A stretch of 64,000 bases of DNA, from the NCBI RefSeq assembly GCF_964213995.1, contig NC_135804.1:59148001-59212000 (forward strand), read 5' to 3'. Shown piece by piece: positions 60,212 through 64,000 of the stretch. Within the stretch, counting starts at the first letter, position 1. Each line of letters begins with the position of its first letter. The position numbers and the translations under genes were made by a program. The notes under the pieces are model-generated. The model saw nothing but the letters and a program-made list of their open reading frames with translations, did not search any database and was not told the origin of the DNA. The DNA is from Mustelus asterias (taxonomy: Eukaryota).

Positions 60212-62919
60212 ATGTTGTCCAATCTGATCCTTCTGTTAACGTCCCTGTCTCTCCTGAAGATCATTTCAACAGGTATTGGGATATTATCTACCCCAACTGT
60301 CTTATTAAAGAAATAAATATTTCATTGTTCCCAAGTCGATAGAATTAAAGGCAGTTCGTCCTTCAAAACCTCTTCTGCATTTCCATGCAGAAACATGTTC
60401 TAAGCTCTCTCCTTTCGCATTGAATACAGTTAATTAATACAAACTTTAAATATACTTTCTAACAGGTGCTCCAGGAACTTCGATCAGAGTGTCTCAAAGT
60501 CCTAAACAGTTAACTATATTGAGGGGGACAAACATCACCTTCTACTGCATAATCCCCCTTTCTCATGACAATGTGGATGTCGAGGTGCTTTGGTGGAAAC
60601 AGGGTGAGAATAAATATATGACAATAGGAACCGATGACAGAAAACGATTCGATTTCAAAATTAAAGGAGGTGGTTCATTTGAGCTGCGAAACGCGACTCT
60701 CCAGGACTCAGGAATCTATCACTGCGCAGTGATCCGTCAGGGAAAAAATAGTGGAAATGGAACAGGATCAAATTTAATCGTCTGCGGTAAGTGACTGAAA
60801 TGGCCGGGAACATCAAGCACGCTGTTTTGCCATTATTTTATTGTGCTGCCTTTGATATTGTAAAGCTCTGTGCACAACTGCTAATTACGCAGCGGAGTGT
60901 GACATTTTATTTGCTGTGTTATTCCAAACTGCTGGAAATACTCAGCAATTCAGGGCATGTCTGCGAAGAGAGAGGCAAAGTTAAAGTCTCAGGTCTATCA
61001 ACTTTTTGAGTAATGAGGATATAATCCGTCTCTTATTCCTTACTCTGAACATTTCTCCACCAACCTGACTTTCCCCATGTTCTGTTCGCAGCTACACCAA
61101 CTCCGTTAAAGATTTTCGCTAAGCATCCCGCAAGCAATTCAACTACGTTCCTGACTCTTGTGTGTCAGACGGCTGGATTTTACCCGGGTGATTTGACCCT
61201 CCTTTGGTATAAAAATGGCGTCAACATCACAACGGTGGGAAATCCGATCAAACACCAGAACGCAGAAGGACTGTATGAAGTTTCCAGCTCTTTTGAAGAG
61301 CCGCACTTTGTGCGGAACGAAGCAGTTTACATCTGTTTGGTAACTCACATCTCCCTCCGGACTCCCGCCATTGCCATTCACACTGTTACCAACTCCTGCT
61401 CAGGTATGTGGCCAACAGGCCAAGAAGTGAAGTTAGCAGTTTTTAAAAATCAGAGAAAGGTATTGACATCACTAATCATGAAGATAGTTTTAAAATAAAA
61501 TACCGGTAAATTTAAAATTAAAGAGAAAATTGAATAATTCTATGTAAAATGTTATTGGCCCAACCCTTTTGTCAAAACGAAGTAATATCATTGTTGTTCT
61601 CCTGCCTATTGAAGCTCGGCAGGTTCCAAATTTTTAAAAAGAAAAAGTTGCAGGCGGGCTACATCTTCTGTCCATTTATTTTACATATCATGCTTATTAT
61701 TAAACACTCGCACTTGGCCATTTCTCATCCTGATTTTATATTTTCTATTACCAGTTTTCCTCACACGAGCTGCAGAACCAGAAGTGACAGTTTGTTTGGT
61801 TTGCCCAACTGTGAATGGGTCAGAAGTTAGTACTGTGAGCAGGCAGCAATGCCTCTCCATGATCTAGCGGTTAGGAGTAAAAACGCTGTTTTGTAATATT
61901 TCATTTCGCTTGCAGCCCAGGTCTGCAGTATAACTGATTGCGATTCATCTGTTTATTAATTAGCAAGTTCTGTTATTAACAAATAACCTCCCTCCGTACT
62001 GCTTCTTACTTCAGTTGACATGCTACACAAGATTCAATTTGCATATTAAGGGACTGAATAATGTCCATATTTCTCTTAGCAGTGGCGAGTTTCGTTTCAT
62101 TGAATTACGAATATTTTATTAAATAAGAGAAAACGACAAGTCAAGTGCAAGAACAAGTCTATTGATCCATCGAAATGTACTCGAATGGAATGTTTTGAGC
62201 GCCCCAAACTGGTACTCTCCCTCGCAGGTTATTCTGGTGTTGTGAGAATAAATTAGTTGGACATCAATTCAGTATGGTAAATTCCGAATAATTTGAAGTA
62301 ATGTTTTAAAGTTTATTTATTAGTCACAAGTAAGGCTTACATTAACACTGCAATTAAGTTACTATGAAATTCCCCTCGTCGCCACAGTCCGGCGCCTGTT
62401 CGGGTCAATGCACCTAACCAGCACGTCTTTCAGACTGTGGGAGGAAACTGGAGCACCCAGAGGAAACCCACGCAGACATGGGAAGAAAGTGCAAACTTCA
62501 CACAGACAGTGACCCAAGCCTGGAATCGAACTCGGGTCACTGGCGCTGTAAAGCTGCAGTGCTACTGTGCCGCCCCGATGCTCTGCTCTGATCATATTAC
62601 CCAGTTGCAGAAAACATGAGCACTAGTTTAACCAACAAATTAGGTAAAAGCAAATTACTGCGAATGCTGGAATCTGAAAGAAAAACGGCAAATGCTGGGA
62701 AATCTCAGCGGGCCTGAAAGCAGCTGTGATGAGACAATATTAATTCGAGGATTTTTTTTAGGTAGCGACCGAAATGAATTAGAACTCAGCATGATTTCAA
62801 TTTTGCAGAGTCTGATGGCAAGTATCAGTACATTTGGATTTCTGGATGTACGGTGGGTGGATTGGCTTTTCTGATATTCATGGTCATAATTGGGACGAGA
62901 GTCTGTCTGAAGAATACAG
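60212..62919 (+). CDS. V-C1 immunoglobulin-superfamily receptor, gene 2. Exons 60212-60272, 60466-60786, 61092-61403, 62809-62919; cytoplasmic exon uncertain (candidate 63156-63184)
   Basis: Leader MLSNLILLLTSLSLLKIIST. The V exon (321 nt) and C1 exon (312 nt) have the same lengths as in gene 1. TM exon ESDGKYQYIWISGCTVGGLAFLIFMVIIGTRVCLKNT. All introns are GT-AG phase 1. Confidence 0.85.
62308..62577 (-). mobile_element. tRNA-derived V-SINE in gene 2 intron 3
   Basis: B-box-like gagttcgattcc on the minus strand and V-domain; same tail type as 32222-32515. Confidence 0.8.
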
Positions 62920-63864
62920 GTAGGTGCCACTTTACGCATTCGATTTTAATGCAAATCTTCAGGCGAACGGAGAGATCGTGCTCGGCGGCACTGTAAGCAT
63001 AAGGATTACGCAATTGTCACTTATTGGATGCAAGAAAAACCGAAATCGTGAGCGTCAACTGGGGGTGATTTTATAACGTAGTAATTGTCACAAAATTAGA
63101 ATTTAATTAATCTGATTATTTGTATATTACATTGGTAACGTCCACATTCTGGCAGATGGTAAATCAGATGGAGAAGGTTTATAATTCACTTAAAAATGTG
63201 AAAATCTGGCATCAGCAGAATACGATTAATCTGAAGACTGGCAAAAAATATCAAGTCACTGATTAATGTCCTTTAGAGACGGAGACAGATTCAACGCGGC
63301 CTGACCTATATGTGACTCCAGTCCGACAGAAGTATGCTCAATTTTTTAATAACTTCTGAAGTGGTCACGCAAGCCATTTAGTTGTATCTAGCTAATGACA
63401 GCCAGAGGGGGGACAACAAAGATGCCTGTCCGCGGCACCTACGTCTTGAGAATGAATGAAGCAAGATAGCAGCTTGACATTTTCTACACCCTTAATATTC
63501 TCACATCTTTCCATAAACAACATGGTCGAGCCGCCGCTTTGCAGGCTAAAGGATCAAATTTATTCCGACCCCGATAATGAATAATCACTCCGTATCTCTT
63601 TGAACAAACGTTTGGGTTTTATTATTAATTATCAAAATTGTATTCCGTTTTGCCATGGTCTAGAACACCCCACAGCTCGATCGTTCCCTCGTATGACACA
63701 CTGTCTTGTCCATGTGGTTTCACATCCAATATTAAAGCATTGTTAATCTGCATTAAATGGACATTTTATGTGCCCTGCCAACTAAATACTTGGTCGCTCT
63801 CAGTTTCACCTTTAGTAATATTAATAGAATCCAGGGATTTTTCTTTCCATCCCCGCTGTAGCCT

Positions 63865-63948
63865 GCGTCCGTGTGTGTTTCTGTGCGTGTTTCTGTGAGT
63901 GTCTCTGTTTGTGTAATTGTGTGCATGCGTGTTTCTCCAAGTGTGTGT
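63865..63948. repeat. Degenerate (TG)n-rich simple repeat
   Basis: gtgtgtgtttctgtgcgtgtttctgtgagtgt... Confidence 0.7.
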
Positions 63949-64000
63949 TAAACTTTACCTAGCCTCTAAAAATACTTTTGAAGGCACAAATATGGAAAGT

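Overview
Repeat-dense vertebrate genomic DNA. The repeat content (HER1-type CR1 LINEs, HE1-type tRNA/V-SINEs, a Deu-domain SINE, Penelope-like elements) points to a shark or other elasmobranch. I can build two paralogous plus-strand immunoglobulin-superfamily genes by hand from splice sites. Both have the layout leader - germline-joined VJ-type V domain - C1 domain - TM - short tail, with all introns in phase 1 and no RSS found. Gene 1 (38560-41176, 280 aa) has an Arg at the start of its TM segment, as NKp30-type activating receptors do. Gene 2 (60212 to at least 62919) has a neutral TM and extra cysteines. An isolated 113-nt exon equivalent to APP/APLP exon 4 lies on the minus strand at 18082-18194, and I found none of its neighbouring exons. 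A full-length, apparently intact CR1 LINE (about 49795-54540, minus) has tandem 231-bp 5' repeats and an in-phase U_UUA_AAC slippery site at the ORF1/ORF2 junction. Its ORF2 has no ATG before the endonuclease domain, which suggests -1 ribosomal frameshifting. Penelope-like insertions form inverted-repeat structures with 11-14 bp TSDs, and several carry minimal hammerhead ribozymes. The window also holds an old segmental duplication, a recent inverted templated insertion and Gypsy remnants. All assignments come from motif recognition by eye, and repeat boundaries are approximate.
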